From positions 5,283 through 69,282 of the forward strand of contig JAZNXN010000006.1 in NCBI GenBank assembly GCA_045593885.1: a stretch of DNA of 64,000 nt. The letters are read 5' to 3'. This document shows, one piece after another, positions 1 to 9,077 of this stretch. The position numbers and the translations under genes are program-made. This DNA is from Eubacteriales bacterium. GTDB lineage: Bacteria; Bacillota; Clostridia; Oscillospirales; CAG-272. Under the pieces are notes generated by a model. That model was given only the letters and a program-made list of their open reading frames with translations. It did no database searches and was not told the origin of the DNA. How positions within the stretch are numbered: the stretch's first letter is position 1; every line of letters begins with the position of its first letter.

Positions 1-1651
1 GCTCTGCCCTCAGGCACTCGCATTTTTCATCCGCCGCCCTCTTGTCGTTTTCGAGTGTGCGGTATTCCTTCACGGCAGAGGAAAGCGCGTATGTGCCGTC
101 AATATAATTTTCGTATTCGGTTCTGTATTTTTCAAACAGGGTGTCGAGCCTTTTTGCAATTTCGGCGGCGTTTTTCTCATCCTCTGCGCGACTGTTCTCT
201 TTCTCGTTGTACTCAAAAACGAGAGTGCGGTAGCGCTCCGTGTCGGACAAAAAGAGCTGTGCCTCGTCCATATTGTAGCCGTACGGTGCAATAAGGGGTA
301 AAAGCTCGGCGTTGGGAAGGGCGGTTGCCATAGCCGTGCGCCTGAGAAGGTATATAAATCCGTTTGCCATTTCGCCGATAAAGCCGAGCACGATAACGGC
401 AATAGCGGCATACAGATTAACGCCCACGAGGGCGACACCCACGCTTATCACTGCCGCAAGAAGTCCTGCCGCAGCTGCGTAGGGAGCTGTTTTTTTCTTG
501 GTTTGTGTGGGGGCGGCTTCACTTGCGAGTGCCCGCACCCTTTCAATCAGCGAATCGCTCGGCTCGTTTACTGAGAATCGCTTTTCAAGGCGGGAAAGCT
601 CCGCACTCTTCTCTGTCGGCATCAGCCGCACGCGGTACTCGCCGTGCTTTTTGGCGAGCCCCTTGGCATCCGAAAGCTCGCTGTCCGAGGGGATACCGTC
701 GGCAAAGCGTGCGGAAAGCACACTCAGCCTCTCAGCTCTTTTCTCGTCAAGAGGGGCTGATTTGACCTCTCCGTCAAGCCTTGAAATTTCCCTGTCAAGC
801 TCTGCTATTTCCTCGCATTTTTCCTTGCTTGGAATACCCGAAGGGTATTTTTTAACGAGTGTTTTCCTTTTCTCGTCAAGCTCCCCGATATCCGAAAGCA
901 GCTTTTTGTAATTCTTCTGTCTCTCGGCTACAAGAGCCGCCTCTCTCTGTCGCTTATCCGTCTGCTCAAGCTCTGTCAGCGTTTTCCTTTTTTCCTCTAG
1001 CTGAGCCTTACAGGCGAGAAGCTTGTCATTTACTCCGTCAAGCTCCTTTTTACGAAGCAGGCAATCGTATTTTCTCATATCATTTTCAAATATTGCTCCG
1101 CCGCGCCTGCCCTTGTGGCGATATTTCTTCTTTATTTCCTCGAGCTTATCTATAGCATCCTCTGCGCTCACCCTGCCGATTTTCAGCGGGCTGAGCTTCT
1201 CGCTTATATCCCCGCCGACCTCGGTTGAGGTATCGCCGAGCGAGAAAAACGCGGTACGCATAAAGGAGTCGGCGTTAAGACCGAATATTTTCTCGCCGAC
1301 AGCCTCGATATTCTGCCTGTGTCCGCTACCGTCATAGACCTCAAGGATATCCTTTTTCTCGGATTTTTTGTCAAATCTTCTCTCTATTACATACTCGAAA
1401 TCCTTGCCCGCGACGGTGAGAGAGCCGCCGAACACTGCGCCAGAAATCGGGTAATATTTTTCCCTGTCCGACATTTCCCTGTCGGTTGAGCGAGAGGTTT
1501 TCATTCCGTAAAGCATTGCACGGATAAAGGCGGCAAGAGTGCTCTTTCCCCCACCGTTATCCTTAAGAATACAGGTGATTTTTCCGTCAAAATCAAGGGT
1601 TTGGTTGACGAGCATTCCGAAGCCCTCAATATGACATCTGACTATTCTCAT
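1..1651 (-). CDS. Rad50/SbcC-like AAA ATPase with central hydrophobic helices (YhaN-like); 3' end runs off the window
   Basis: My translation of the minus strand from ATG at 1651 (MRIVRCHIEGFGMLVNQTLDFDGKITCILKDNGGGKSTLAAF...) stays open to position 2 (550 codons). It is absent from the ORF track because there is no stop in the window. Walker A GGGKST, long K/E/L-rich coiled-coil stretches, two hydrophobic helices. ATGA start/stop overlap with the upstream phosphoesterase gene. Confidence 0.7.
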   Translation of the reverse strand, partial: MRIVRCHIEGFGMLVNQTLDFDGKITCILKDNGGGKSTLAAFIRAMLYGMKTSRSTDREMSDREKYYPISGAVFGGSLTVAGKDFEYVIERRFDKKSEKKDILEVYDGSGHRQNIEAVGEKIFGLNADSFMRTAFFSLGDTSTEVGGDISEKLSPLKIGRVSAEDAIDKLEEIKKKYRHKGRRGGAIFENDMRKYDCLLRKKELDGVNDKLLACKAQLEEKRKTLTELEQTDKRQREAALVAERQKNYKKLLSDIGELDEKRKTLVKKYPSGIPSKEKCEEIAELDREISRLDGEVKSAPLDEKRAERLSVLSARFADGIPSDSELSDAKGLAKKHGEYRVRLMPTEKSAELSRLEKRFSVNEPSDSLIERVRALASEAAPTQTKKKTAPYAAAAGLLAAVISVGVALVGVNLYAAIAVIVLGFIGEMANGFIYLLRRTAMATALPNAELLPLIAPYGYNMDEAQLFLSDTERYRTLVFEYNEKENSRAEDEKNAAEIAKRLDTLFEKYRTEYENYIDGTYALSSAVKEYRTLENDKRAADEKCECLRAE

Positions 1652-2742
1652 ACCTCGCCCTCCCCTGAAAGAATACTGATTGCGAGCGCGAGTGCGCTCT
1701 CTATTTCCGTATCGGTGACATCGGTGTCCTTGCCGAGTATTTCCGAGAGCCTTTTTTCGTCGGTAACCGTCCTCACAAGCTCACCGAGGAGTGAGGGGTC
1801 GGTTTCGTAATCCCCCGCTTTTATTCTGATACGGGTGCGGTTTTTTACCGAGCAGGCAAAATACCTCGACAGTCTCATCCTCGCCGTATCGCAGAGGGCG
1901 TTGGTGTCAAAGGACGCCTCGCCCGTAAATACGAGGCGCACCATATCCGCCTCGCGTGCATCGACTGTGCTAACCGCCCCTTCAACCGCATCGGTCAGGC
2001 TATCGCAGTCGGACAAGTCGTATTCGTAGAGGAGCACGCGCCGCTTTGCAAAGGGGATAAACTCGCGCAAAAGCTCGCCCTCGCAGGAAAGAAGGACAAA
2101 TCCGCACTCGCCCCTCTCGTCAACACCCAGCTCGTCAAAGCCACGGCCCTCGGGCGTTCCCGAATAGCAAAGGACGCCGCGCGAGTCGAGCCTTTCCTCA
2201 GAGTATTTATGAATATGACCGAGGGCGATGTAGTCGATATTTTTTCCTCTCAGACGGGAAAGGGGTATGCCATAATCGCCGTCGCCGTTTTCGTTCACGC
2301 TGCCGTGGAGCATAACGATATTTATACCGTCGGCAAAAAGCTCGGGCATAGCGGAAAAATCAACGGGAAGGTCGCATCCCGTCACGGTGATTTCACCGTA
2401 TTTTCTCACAGTCCAGCCGTTCATAACTATAAAATTGTCGGGCACATCTCCGCCGAGCGCACCGTCGCGGTCGTGGTTTCCCGAAAGATAGAGAAAATCT
2501 ATTTCAGGAAAGCCCTTGACAGTGCCGAAAAAGCGGGAAAGGTCGGGGGCGGTGGGCGCTTCGGTATCAAAAATGTCGCCCGAAAGCATAATGGCAGAAA
2601 CGCCGTTATCCCTTGCATATTCAGCCATTCGCTCAAAGGTGTCGAAAAGCTCTGAGCGGCGCATTTTTGCCGTTTTTTCATCAAGATGCGTCTGCATTCT
2701 CGAGCCGAGGTGCAAATCCGCCGTATGTATAATTTTCGTCAT
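1648..2742 (-). CDS. SbcD/Mre11-family metallophosphoesterase (YhaO-like DNA repair exonuclease)
   Basis: N-terminus MTKIIHTADLHLGS, then GDIFD, SGNHD and GHIH calcineurin-like phosphoesterase motifs. Translationally coupled to the downstream ATPase. Confidence 0.85.
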   Translation of the reverse strand: MTKIIHTADLHLGSRMQTHLDEKTAKMRRSELFDTFERMAEYARDNGVSAIMLSGDIFDTEAPTAPDLSRFFGTVKGFPEIDFLYLSGNHDRDGALGGDVPDNFIVMNGWTVRKYGEITVTGCDLPVDFSAMPELFADGINIVMLHGSVNENGDGDYGIPLSRLRGKNIDYIALGHIHKYSEERLDSRGVLCYSGTPEGRGFDELGVDERGECGFVLLSCEGELLREFIPFAKRRVLLYEYDLSDCDSLTDAVEGAVSTVDAREADMVRLVFTGEASFDTNALCDTARMRLSRYFACSVKNRTRIRIKAGDYETDPSLLGELVRTVTDEKRLSEILGKDTDVTDTEIESALALAISILSGEGEV

Positions 2743-2877
2743 CGTTTTCTCCCAAAATTTATCTTACACTATAATTGTAAACCAAACAGCCGCACTTGTC
2801 AAGTTGCGATAACTTCTTTGTGCGCGGGCGCGTTTTTTGTTTATTATAACAAATTTCGAAAAATATTTATATTTTTG

Positions 2878-2906
2878 TTGACTTGACGAAGGAATTGTTA
2901 TATAAT
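2878..2906 (+). promoter_or_regulatory. sigma-A type promoter of serC-serA (TTGACT-17-TATAAT), overlapped by an 11-bp inverted repeat
   Basis: TTGACT 2878-2883, 17-nt spacer, TATAAT 2901-2906. Inverted repeat AATTGTTATAT (2893-2903) / ATATAACAATT (2920-2930). Confidence 0.55.
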
Positions 2907-2978
2907 TAACATTGTATTGATATAACAATTTTATTTTTTGAAAGGTCGCCGTTTCATTACGGCGAAAAGGTGATTTTT

Positions 2979-4085
2979 ATGGAGAGAGTTTTTAATTTCT
3001 CTGCAGGTCCTTCCATGCTCCCCCTCAGCGTGCTTGAAAAGGCGCAGGCTGAGCTTCTCTCATACGGCGAGAGCGGTATGTCGGTTATGGAGATGAGTCA
3101 CCGTTCAAAGGATTATGAGCCTATTCTCGAAGATGCGATTGCAGCCCTGCGCAGACTGATGAACATTCCCGATAATTACAAGGTTCTGTTCCTTCAGGGC
3201 GGCGCTTCTACCCAGTTTGCGGCAGTTCCCCTCAACCTTATGAACAAGCATCACCGTGCCGATTACATAGTTTCGGGTAACTTCTCGAAGAAGGCATACA
3301 GTGAGGCTAAGAAATACGGTGACGTTGAGGTTGCAGCATCCTCCGCAGGCTCGCTCAATCCCTTCGATTGCGTTCCCGATACCACCCGTGAGAGCTTCCG
3401 CGAGAATATCGACTACGTACACATCTGCTACAACAACACGATATACGGAACGAAGTTCCACTATATCCCCGACACAGGCGACGTTCCGCTGGTTGCGGAT
3501 ATGTCCTCCTGCATCCTCTCCGAGCCTGTTGACGTATCCAAGTTCGGTCTTATCTACGCAGGCGCGCAGAAGAACGTTGCTCCCGCAGGTCTTACCATCG
3601 TTATAGTCCGTGAGGACCTCATCGGCAACGCTGACCCCTCAACCCCCACTATGCTCGATTACAAGGCTATGGCGGATAACAACTCTATGTACAACACTCC
3701 TCCCTGCTGGTGCATATATATGGCTAAGCTCGTGTTTGACTGGCTCGAGAGCATCGGCGGTCTTGAGGAAATGATGTATATAAACAGACGCAAGGCGTCA
3801 ATTCTCTACGACTACCTCGATTCTCAGGACTACTACACCTCTCCTGTTGTAAAGAAGAACCGTTCTATGATGAACGTTGTATTCGTTACGGGTGACAAGG
3901 AGCTGGATGCCAAGTTTGCGAGCGAGGCGGCGAAGGCAGGATTTAAGAACCTCAAGGGTCACAGAATAGTCGGCGGTATGCGCGCATCTATCTACAACGC
4001 TATGCCTATTGAGGGCGTAGAGGGCCTTGTTAAGTTTATGGACGATTTTGCGAAGGCTAATCCCAAGACAGCGGGTGCGGTCTGA
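2979..4085 (+). CDS. serC: phosphoserine aminotransferase
   Basis: MERVFNFSAGPSMLP...MEMSHRS... is typical SerC. ATG at 2979 lies 8 nt after AAAAGG; the track start at 2970 is a GTG. Confidence 0.95.
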   Translation: MERVFNFSAGPSMLPLSVLEKAQAELLSYGESGMSVMEMSHRSKDYEPILEDAIAALRRLMNIPDNYKVLFLQGGASTQFAAVPLNLMNKHHRADYIVSGNFSKKAYSEAKKYGDVEVAASSAGSLNPFDCVPDTTRESFRENIDYVHICYNNTIYGTKFHYIPDTGDVPLVADMSSCILSEPVDVSKFGLIYAGAQKNVAPAGLTIVIVREDLIGNADPSTPTMLDYKAMADNNSMYNTPPCWCIYMAKLVFDWLESIGGLEEMMYINRRKASILYDYLDSQDYYTSPVVKKNRSMMNVVFVTGDKELDAKFASEAAKAGFKNLKGHRIVGGMRASIYNAMPIEGVEGLVKFMDDFAKANPKTAGAV

Positions 4086-4100
4086 TTGAAAGGATTTACT

Positions 4101-5264
4101 ATGAAGAAGATTAAGCTTATGAATAAAATTGCCTCTGTCGGAACAGATAGGCTCGACAGAAGCATATACGAGGTAGGAGAGGATATTGAAAATCCCGATG
4201 CCATTATGGTTCGCTCCGCATCTCTGCACGAAATGCCCATCAACCCCGAGCTTCTTGCTATTGCAAGATGCGGCGCGGGCGTAAACAATATTCCCCTTGA
4301 CAAGTGCGCTGAGAGCGGCGTTGTAGTTTTCAACACCCCCGGTGCTAACGCAAACGGTGTTAAGGAGCTGACTATGGCGGCTCTGCTCCTCGCTTCGCGT
4401 GACATTATAGGCGGTATTGACTGGGTTAAGAGCCTTGAGGGCACCGAGGGCATCGAGAAGGCTGTTGAGAAGGCCAAGAGCGCGTATGCAGGACACGAGG
4501 TTGCGGGCAAGCTGCTCGGAGTTATCGGTCTTGGCGCTATCGGCGGTATGGTTGCAAACACCGCGCACAGTCTCGGCATGAAGGTTATCGGCTGCGACCC
4601 CTATATCACGGTAAATGCGGCGTGGAGCCTCAGCCGTGCTATTGAGAAGGCGGCTGACTACAATGAGATATACAAGCGCGCGGATTACATATCCCTGCAC
4701 GTTCCCGCTACCCCCACGACCAAGAATATGATAAACAAGGATACTATCGCGATGATGAAGGACGGAGTTATTATCGTCAACCTCTCGCGTGCTGACCTTG
4801 TTAACGCCGAGGATATGAAGGCGGCGCTCGAAAGCGGTAAGGTCAGAAAGTACGTAACCGACTTCCCCACTGCTGCTACCGTAGGAGCAAAGGGTGTTAT
4901 CAACATTCCTCACCTCGGAGCATCCACCGAGGAGAGCGAGGATAACTGCGCTGTTATGGCGGCAAACGAGCTTGACGAGTATCTTGCTACCGGTAACATC
5001 CGCAATAGCGTCAACTTCCCTGCTCTTTCGATTCCTCACACGGGTGCGGCGAGAATCTGCCTTATTCACAAGAACATTCCCGCAATGCTCTCGCAGATAA
5101 CAAACGCGATAGCAAACGAGGGCATCAATATCGAGAACATGGTTAACGGCTCACGCGGCGACTATGCGTACACGCTGGTTGAAACCATTACTCCCGTATC
5201 CGACACCTCGGCTGAGCATCTCTCGGCAATTGAGGGCGTTATCAGGGTAAGAGTTATAAAGTAA
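4101..5264 (+). CDS. serA: D-3-phosphoglycerate dehydrogenase with C-terminal ACT domain
   Basis: 2-hydroxyacid dehydrogenase NAD fold GVIGLGAIGG, catalytic region, ACT-like tail. ATG 4101 is preceded by GAAAGGA. Adjacent to serC. Confidence 0.9.
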   Translation: MKKIKLMNKIASVGTDRLDRSIYEVGEDIENPDAIMVRSASLHEMPINPELLAIARCGAGVNNIPLDKCAESGVVVFNTPGANANGVKELTMAALLLASRDIIGGIDWVKSLEGTEGIEKAVEKAKSAYAGHEVAGKLLGVIGLGAIGGMVANTAHSLGMKVIGCDPYITVNAAWSLSRAIEKAADYNEIYKRADYISLHVPATPTTKNMINKDTIAMMKDGVIIVNLSRADLVNAEDMKAALESGKVRKYVTDFPTAATVGAKGVINIPHLGASTEESEDNCAVMAANELDEYLATGNIRNSVNFPALSIPHTGAARICLIHKNIPAMLSQITNAIANEGINIENMVNGSRGDYAYTLVETITPVSDTSAEHLSAIEGVIRVRVIK

Positions 5265-5275
5265 CAAAAACTTTA

Positions 5276-5304
5276 TTGACTAACCAAAAGTTTTATTGTA
5301 TAAT
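5276..5304 (+). promoter_or_regulatory. consensus-like promoter TTGACT-17-TATAAT upstream of the MutS-family gene
   Basis: TTGACT 5276-5281, 17-nt spacer, TATAAT 5299-5304. Confidence 0.5.
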
Positions 5305-5336
5305 AGAGGGTAGATTGATTCTACCCTTTATTTTTT
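5305..5336 (+). terminator. hairpin plus T-run (GGGTAGA-ttgat-TCTACCC-TTTATTTTTT); probable serCA terminator
   Basis: Stem 5308-5314 / 5320-5326 followed by a T-rich run. It lies between the predicted -10 and the RBS of the next gene. Confidence 0.5.
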
Positions 5337-5346
5337 AGGAGTAATT

Positions 5347-6951
5347 ATGGATAATAGGTTTTTAAGTCTTATATATCCCTCAACAGAGAAAAAGGAAGCG
5401 GCGCATACAGAGGGGCTTTTGCCGAGCATTTCCGAGGATGTGTGCGAGGAGCTTGGACTCTTATCAATGCTATCCCTAAAAAACGGACGTGTCAGCGAGT
5501 ACTTCACCGCCGACGAGGAGGTTATCAGGTACAGGCAGAAAACGCTTTCCGACCTTATAGAGATACCCGAGCTCGGCGAGGCACTTGGGGCGGCAATTCC
5601 TATCCTCTGCGATATTCTGGAGCTTCGCCGTCTTTCCGAGGATATGCACGATGCGGGCGACACCTACCTTTACAGCATAACCGAGATTGAGCTGTATATC
5701 AGCGCGGTTGACCTGCTGGCAGAGAGGCTTTCCTCTATCAGAGATAAGATAAAGAGCCCTGCGTTTGAGAGCTTTTCTACCTATATTTTCGAGCTTGCGG
5801 AAAGCGAGGACTATAAGGCTCTGTCCGAAAACGTCAAAAAGCTCTCATCAAGGGTGCGCGAGGTACGCAGCATTACCGTCGGTGTAAACCTCGACGAGCA
5901 GATGCGCCCCGTATCAGCAGGCGTTATCTCGGTAAATTCCGAGAAATTCAAGTCGGGAAAGCTGCTTGACAGGATTTTACGTATGAGCTTCAAGAGCGAT
6001 TCGCTCACCTGCATTGCCGCGCTTACCCCCTTTGGCGAGGGCGAGTCGGACAATCGCCGCGAGGCACTCATCGGTGCGTTCAACCGCGCGATAGAGGAGG
6101 TTTTCCGTCATTCGGTGCGCGATTGGCGCAGAATTTGCTCGGATTACGTCTTGGACAATACGGATTTTCTGCTCAAAATTCTGCCCGAAATCGAGTTTGT
6201 CAGCAAGTGCGCCGCGCTGGTAGGCGAGCTTCGGGAGCGCGGATATGACTGCGTCGTTCCCACGGTATGCGATAAAAGCGAGAAGGCATTCTCGGCGAAG
6301 GCTCTCTATAATCCCGACGTTGCTCTGAGAATTGACGAGCGCGTTGTGGATAACGATTTTGAATTTGATTCAGAGGCGTCAATATTCGTCCTTTCAGGTC
6401 CTAACCGAGGCGGCAAATCGGTAATCACCTGCGCCGTCGGTCTTTGTCAGGCTATGATGCAGCTCGGTATGCCCGTGCCTGCGAGCGAGGCAAGGCTCAG
6501 CACGGTTGACGGCATATACACCCATTTCCCCGAGGGTGCTGAGGACACCATTGACAAGGGAAGACTCGGAGAGGAGTGCGCGCGCCTTGGCGAGATATTC
6601 GATTCAGTAACCGAGTATTCGATGATTCTGCTCGACGAGTCGCTTTCCTCGACGGGTGCGTACGAGGCATCGTATATTGCGGCTGAAATACTCGCAGGCT
6701 TTGCGAGCGTGGGATGCCGAGGAATATTCTCCACCCACCTTCACGAGCTTGCCGCGCATATTGATGAGATTAACGCGCGCTCGCAGGGTGACGGCGGTGT
6801 GAAAATCGACACGCTGGTTGCGGGAATTGAGGAGGGCAGACGCTCCTTCAAGATAGTTCGCAAGAAGCCCGACGGAAAGAGCTATGCGAAGGATATCGCC
6901 AACAAATACGGTCTTTCCTACGAGGACATAAAAAAGAGAATAGGTAAATAA
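5347..6951 (+). CDS. MutS-family ATPase paralog (MutS domain V only, no mismatch-binding N-terminus)
   Basis: Walker A GPNRGGKS, LLDESLSSTG (Walker B) and STHLHEL motifs of the MutS ABC ATPase. The N-terminal 330 aa lack a recognisable MutS domain I. Confidence 0.8.
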   Translation: MDNRFLSLIYPSTEKKEAAHTEGLLPSISEDVCEELGLLSMLSLKNGRVSEYFTADEEVIRYRQKTLSDLIEIPELGEALGAAIPILCDILELRRLSEDMHDAGDTYLYSITEIELYISAVDLLAERLSSIRDKIKSPAFESFSTYIFELAESEDYKALSENVKKLSSRVREVRSITVGVNLDEQMRPVSAGVISVNSEKFKSGKLLDRILRMSFKSDSLTCIAALTPFGEGESDNRREALIGAFNRAIEEVFRHSVRDWRRICSDYVLDNTDFLLKILPEIEFVSKCAALVGELRERGYDCVVPTVCDKSEKAFSAKALYNPDVALRIDERVVDNDFEFDSEASIFVLSGPNRGGKSVITCAVGLCQAMMQLGMPVPASEARLSTVDGIYTHFPEGAEDTIDKGRLGEECARLGEIFDSVTEYSMILLDESLSSTGAYEASYIAAEILAGFASVGCRGIFSTHLHELAAHIDEINARSQGDGGVKIDTLVAGIEEGRRSFKIVRKKPDGKSYAKDIANKYGLSYEDIKKRIGK

Positions 6952-6953
6952 AT

Positions 6954-6999
6954 AAAAAGCAAGAGCCAAGGATTTTCCCTAACTCTTGCTTTTCTTTTT
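6954..6999. terminator. bidirectional hairpin between convergent genes
   Basis: GCAAGAG (6959-6965) / CTCTTGC (6983-6989), flanked by an A-run and a T-run. Confidence 0.45.
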
Positions 7000-7042
7000 C
7001 AGGGTTGTTTTGACATCGCCCTGTCGTTTCGGCTTTCCCCTG

Positions 7043-8884
7043 TTATTTCAGCATTGCCTTTTTGCGTGCCGCCTCGGCCTTCAGGCGAAGCTCGGTGTTG
7101 AGTATGCGCTTACGCAAGCGGAGCGATTTCGGAGTTATCTCCATCAGCTCGTCGTCGTTTATAAACTCAATCGCTTCCTCAAGGCTCATATTGCGGGGGG
7201 TTATAAGGGTAAGTGCCTCGTCCGCGCCCTTCGAGCGAACTGCGGTGAGGTGCTTTTCCTTACATACGTTGACTGCGATATCGCCGGGCTTGGGGTTTTC
7301 ACCGATAATCATACCCTCGTATACGGGGGTTGCCGCGCCGATAAAGAGAGGGCCTCTGTCCTGCGCGTAGAACAGACCGTAGCTCGTGGACTTGCCCGTT
7401 TCACTCGCAACAAGCGAGCCTGTAAAGCGCATAACCACCTCACCCTTGAAGGGCGCGTAGCCGTCGAATATAGAGTTCATAATACCCTCGCCGCGCGTTG
7501 CGGTCATAAACTCGCTGCGGTAGCCGATAAGGCAGCGCGAGGGGATAGAATAGGTTATTCTCTGGCGCGAGCCGCGCATCTGCATATCGAGAAGCTCGCC
7601 CTTGCGCGCACCGAGGCGTTCCATTACCGTGCCCATATATTCCTCGGGCACGTCAACCTCAACGCGCTCCATAGGCTCGCATTTTACGCCGTCAATTTCC
7701 TTGTAAAGCACGCGGGGGGTTGAGCAGCAGAGTTCGTAGCCCTCACGGCGCATATTTTCAATGAGAATCGAGAGGTGCATTTCGCCCCTGCCCGCAACGC
7801 AGAAGGAGTCGGTTGTATCGCCATCGCTGACGCGCAGAGATACGTCGCGCAAAAGCTCACGGTAAAGGCGCTCGCGCAAATGGCGGCTGGTAACGAACTT
7901 ACCCTCCTTACCCGCGAAGGGGCTGTCGTTTACCGAGAAGGTCATTTCAAGGGTAGGGTCGCTCACCTTAACAAATTCAAGGGGCTCAACACAGGCAGTC
8001 GAGGTTACGGTATCACCGATATTTATATCCTCACAGCCCGAGAAGCATACTATATCTCCAACGGTTGCGCTCTCCACCTGACGCCTCGAAAGTCCGTCAA
8101 ACTGGTATATCGAAACCACGCGGGAGCGATGTGTTGCATCGGGGTTATGGAAGTTGGATATGGTTATTTCCTGATTCTGCTTAAGAGAGCCGCGCTCGAT
8201 TCTGCCGATACCGATTCGTCCCACGTAATCGTTATAGTCTATCGAGGACACGAGGAGCTGAAGCTCACCCTCATCATCGCCCTCGGGTGCGGGAATATAC
8301 TCAAGAATGGTATTGAAAAGAGGGGTGAGGTCAACACCCTGCTCATAGGGGGAGAGAGAAGCCGTGCCTGCTCTGCCCGAGCAGAAAAGCATAGGGGAGT
8401 CAAGCTGCTCGTCGGTGGCATCAAGGTCGATAAGAAGCTCGAGCACCTCCTCCTCAACCTCCTCAAGACGCGCGTCGGGGCGGTCTATCTTGTTAACGAC
8501 AACGATAACCTTATGATTCATAGCGAGTGCCTTCTCTAAAACGAAGCGCGTCTGGGGCATAGGTCCCTCGGCGGCATCAACGAGAAGTATAACGCCGTTT
8601 ACCATCTTCAGAATTCTCTCGACCTCGCCGCCGAAGTCAGCGTGACCGGGGGTGTCTACAATATTAATTTTTGTGTCCTTGTAGTAAACCGCGGTGTTTT
8701 TGGCAAGTATGGTTATTCCGCGCTCGCGCTCGATGGCGTTAGAGTCCATAACTCTGTCCTCTGTCACCTGATTTTCGCGGTACACTCCGCCCTGACGGAG
8801 CATTTCGTCAACGAGTGTTGTCTTTCCATGGTCAACGTGCGCGATAATTGCGACGTTTCTCAGATCCGTTCTTTTCAATTTCAT
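7043..8884 (-). CDS. typA: translational GTPase TypA/BipA
   Basis: MKLKRTDLRNVAIIAHVDHGKTTLVD..., DTPGHADFGGEVER, NKIDR; 613 aa. Confidence 0.95.
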   Translation of the reverse strand: MKLKRTDLRNVAIIAHVDHGKTTLVDEMLRQGGVYRENQVTEDRVMDSNAIERERGITILAKNTAVYYKDTKINIVDTPGHADFGGEVERILKMVNGVILLVDAAEGPMPQTRFVLEKALAMNHKVIVVVNKIDRPDARLEEVEEEVLELLIDLDATDEQLDSPMLFCSGRAGTASLSPYEQGVDLTPLFNTILEYIPAPEGDDEGELQLLVSSIDYNDYVGRIGIGRIERGSLKQNQEITISNFHNPDATHRSRVVSIYQFDGLSRRQVESATVGDIVCFSGCEDINIGDTVTSTACVEPLEFVKVSDPTLEMTFSVNDSPFAGKEGKFVTSRHLRERLYRELLRDVSLRVSDGDTTDSFCVAGRGEMHLSILIENMRREGYELCCSTPRVLYKEIDGVKCEPMERVEVDVPEEYMGTVMERLGARKGELLDMQMRGSRQRITYSIPSRCLIGYRSEFMTATRGEGIMNSIFDGYAPFKGEVVMRFTGSLVASETGKSTSYGLFYAQDRGPLFIGAATPVYEGMIIGENPKPGDIAVNVCKEKHLTAVRSKGADEALTLITPRNMSLEEAIEFINDDELMEITPKSLRLRKRILNTELRLKAEAARKKAMLK

Positions 8885-9020
8885 TACCTCTTTTTATAAT
8901 CTAACTTATATATTATAATACTTTTTTTCTCATATTTCAACAGGTTTTTCCCATTTTTTTGAAATTTTAGCGGGCAAGTGAAAAATTATCCTTCTTATAT
9001 ATATATTTTATATATTATTA

Positions 9021-9049
9021 TTTACTTTTTCGGGGTTTTGTGGTATAAT
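9021..9049 (+). promoter_or_regulatory. promoter TTTACT-17-TATAAT (extended -10 TGg)
   Basis: TTTACT 9021-9026, TATAAT 9044-9049. Confidence 0.5.
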
Positions 9050-9077
9050 CTTATAAAGAAAGCTACGGGGGGTTATT

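Noticed and set aside
3798-5069. A 423-aa minus-strand ORF. Similar long antisense ORFs occur at 7775..8539, 19389..20375, 39421..40266, 43691..44623, 60435..61265 and 61685..62341.
   Set aside because: Each lies entirely antisense to a gene with unmistakable conserved motifs (serC/serA, typA, spoIIIAE, asnS, pnp, cysE, cysK). Their translations are low-complexity (R/V/L/S-rich) and lack RBSs. They are shadow ORFs typical of this codon bias.
6345-6353. A perfect DnaA box (TGTGGATAA), and the idea of an oriC near rpmH (60138..60272).
   Set aside because: The single box lies inside the MutS-like CDS and is isolated. The AT-rich spacer upstream of rpmH has no DnaA boxes and no dnaA gene adjoins it.
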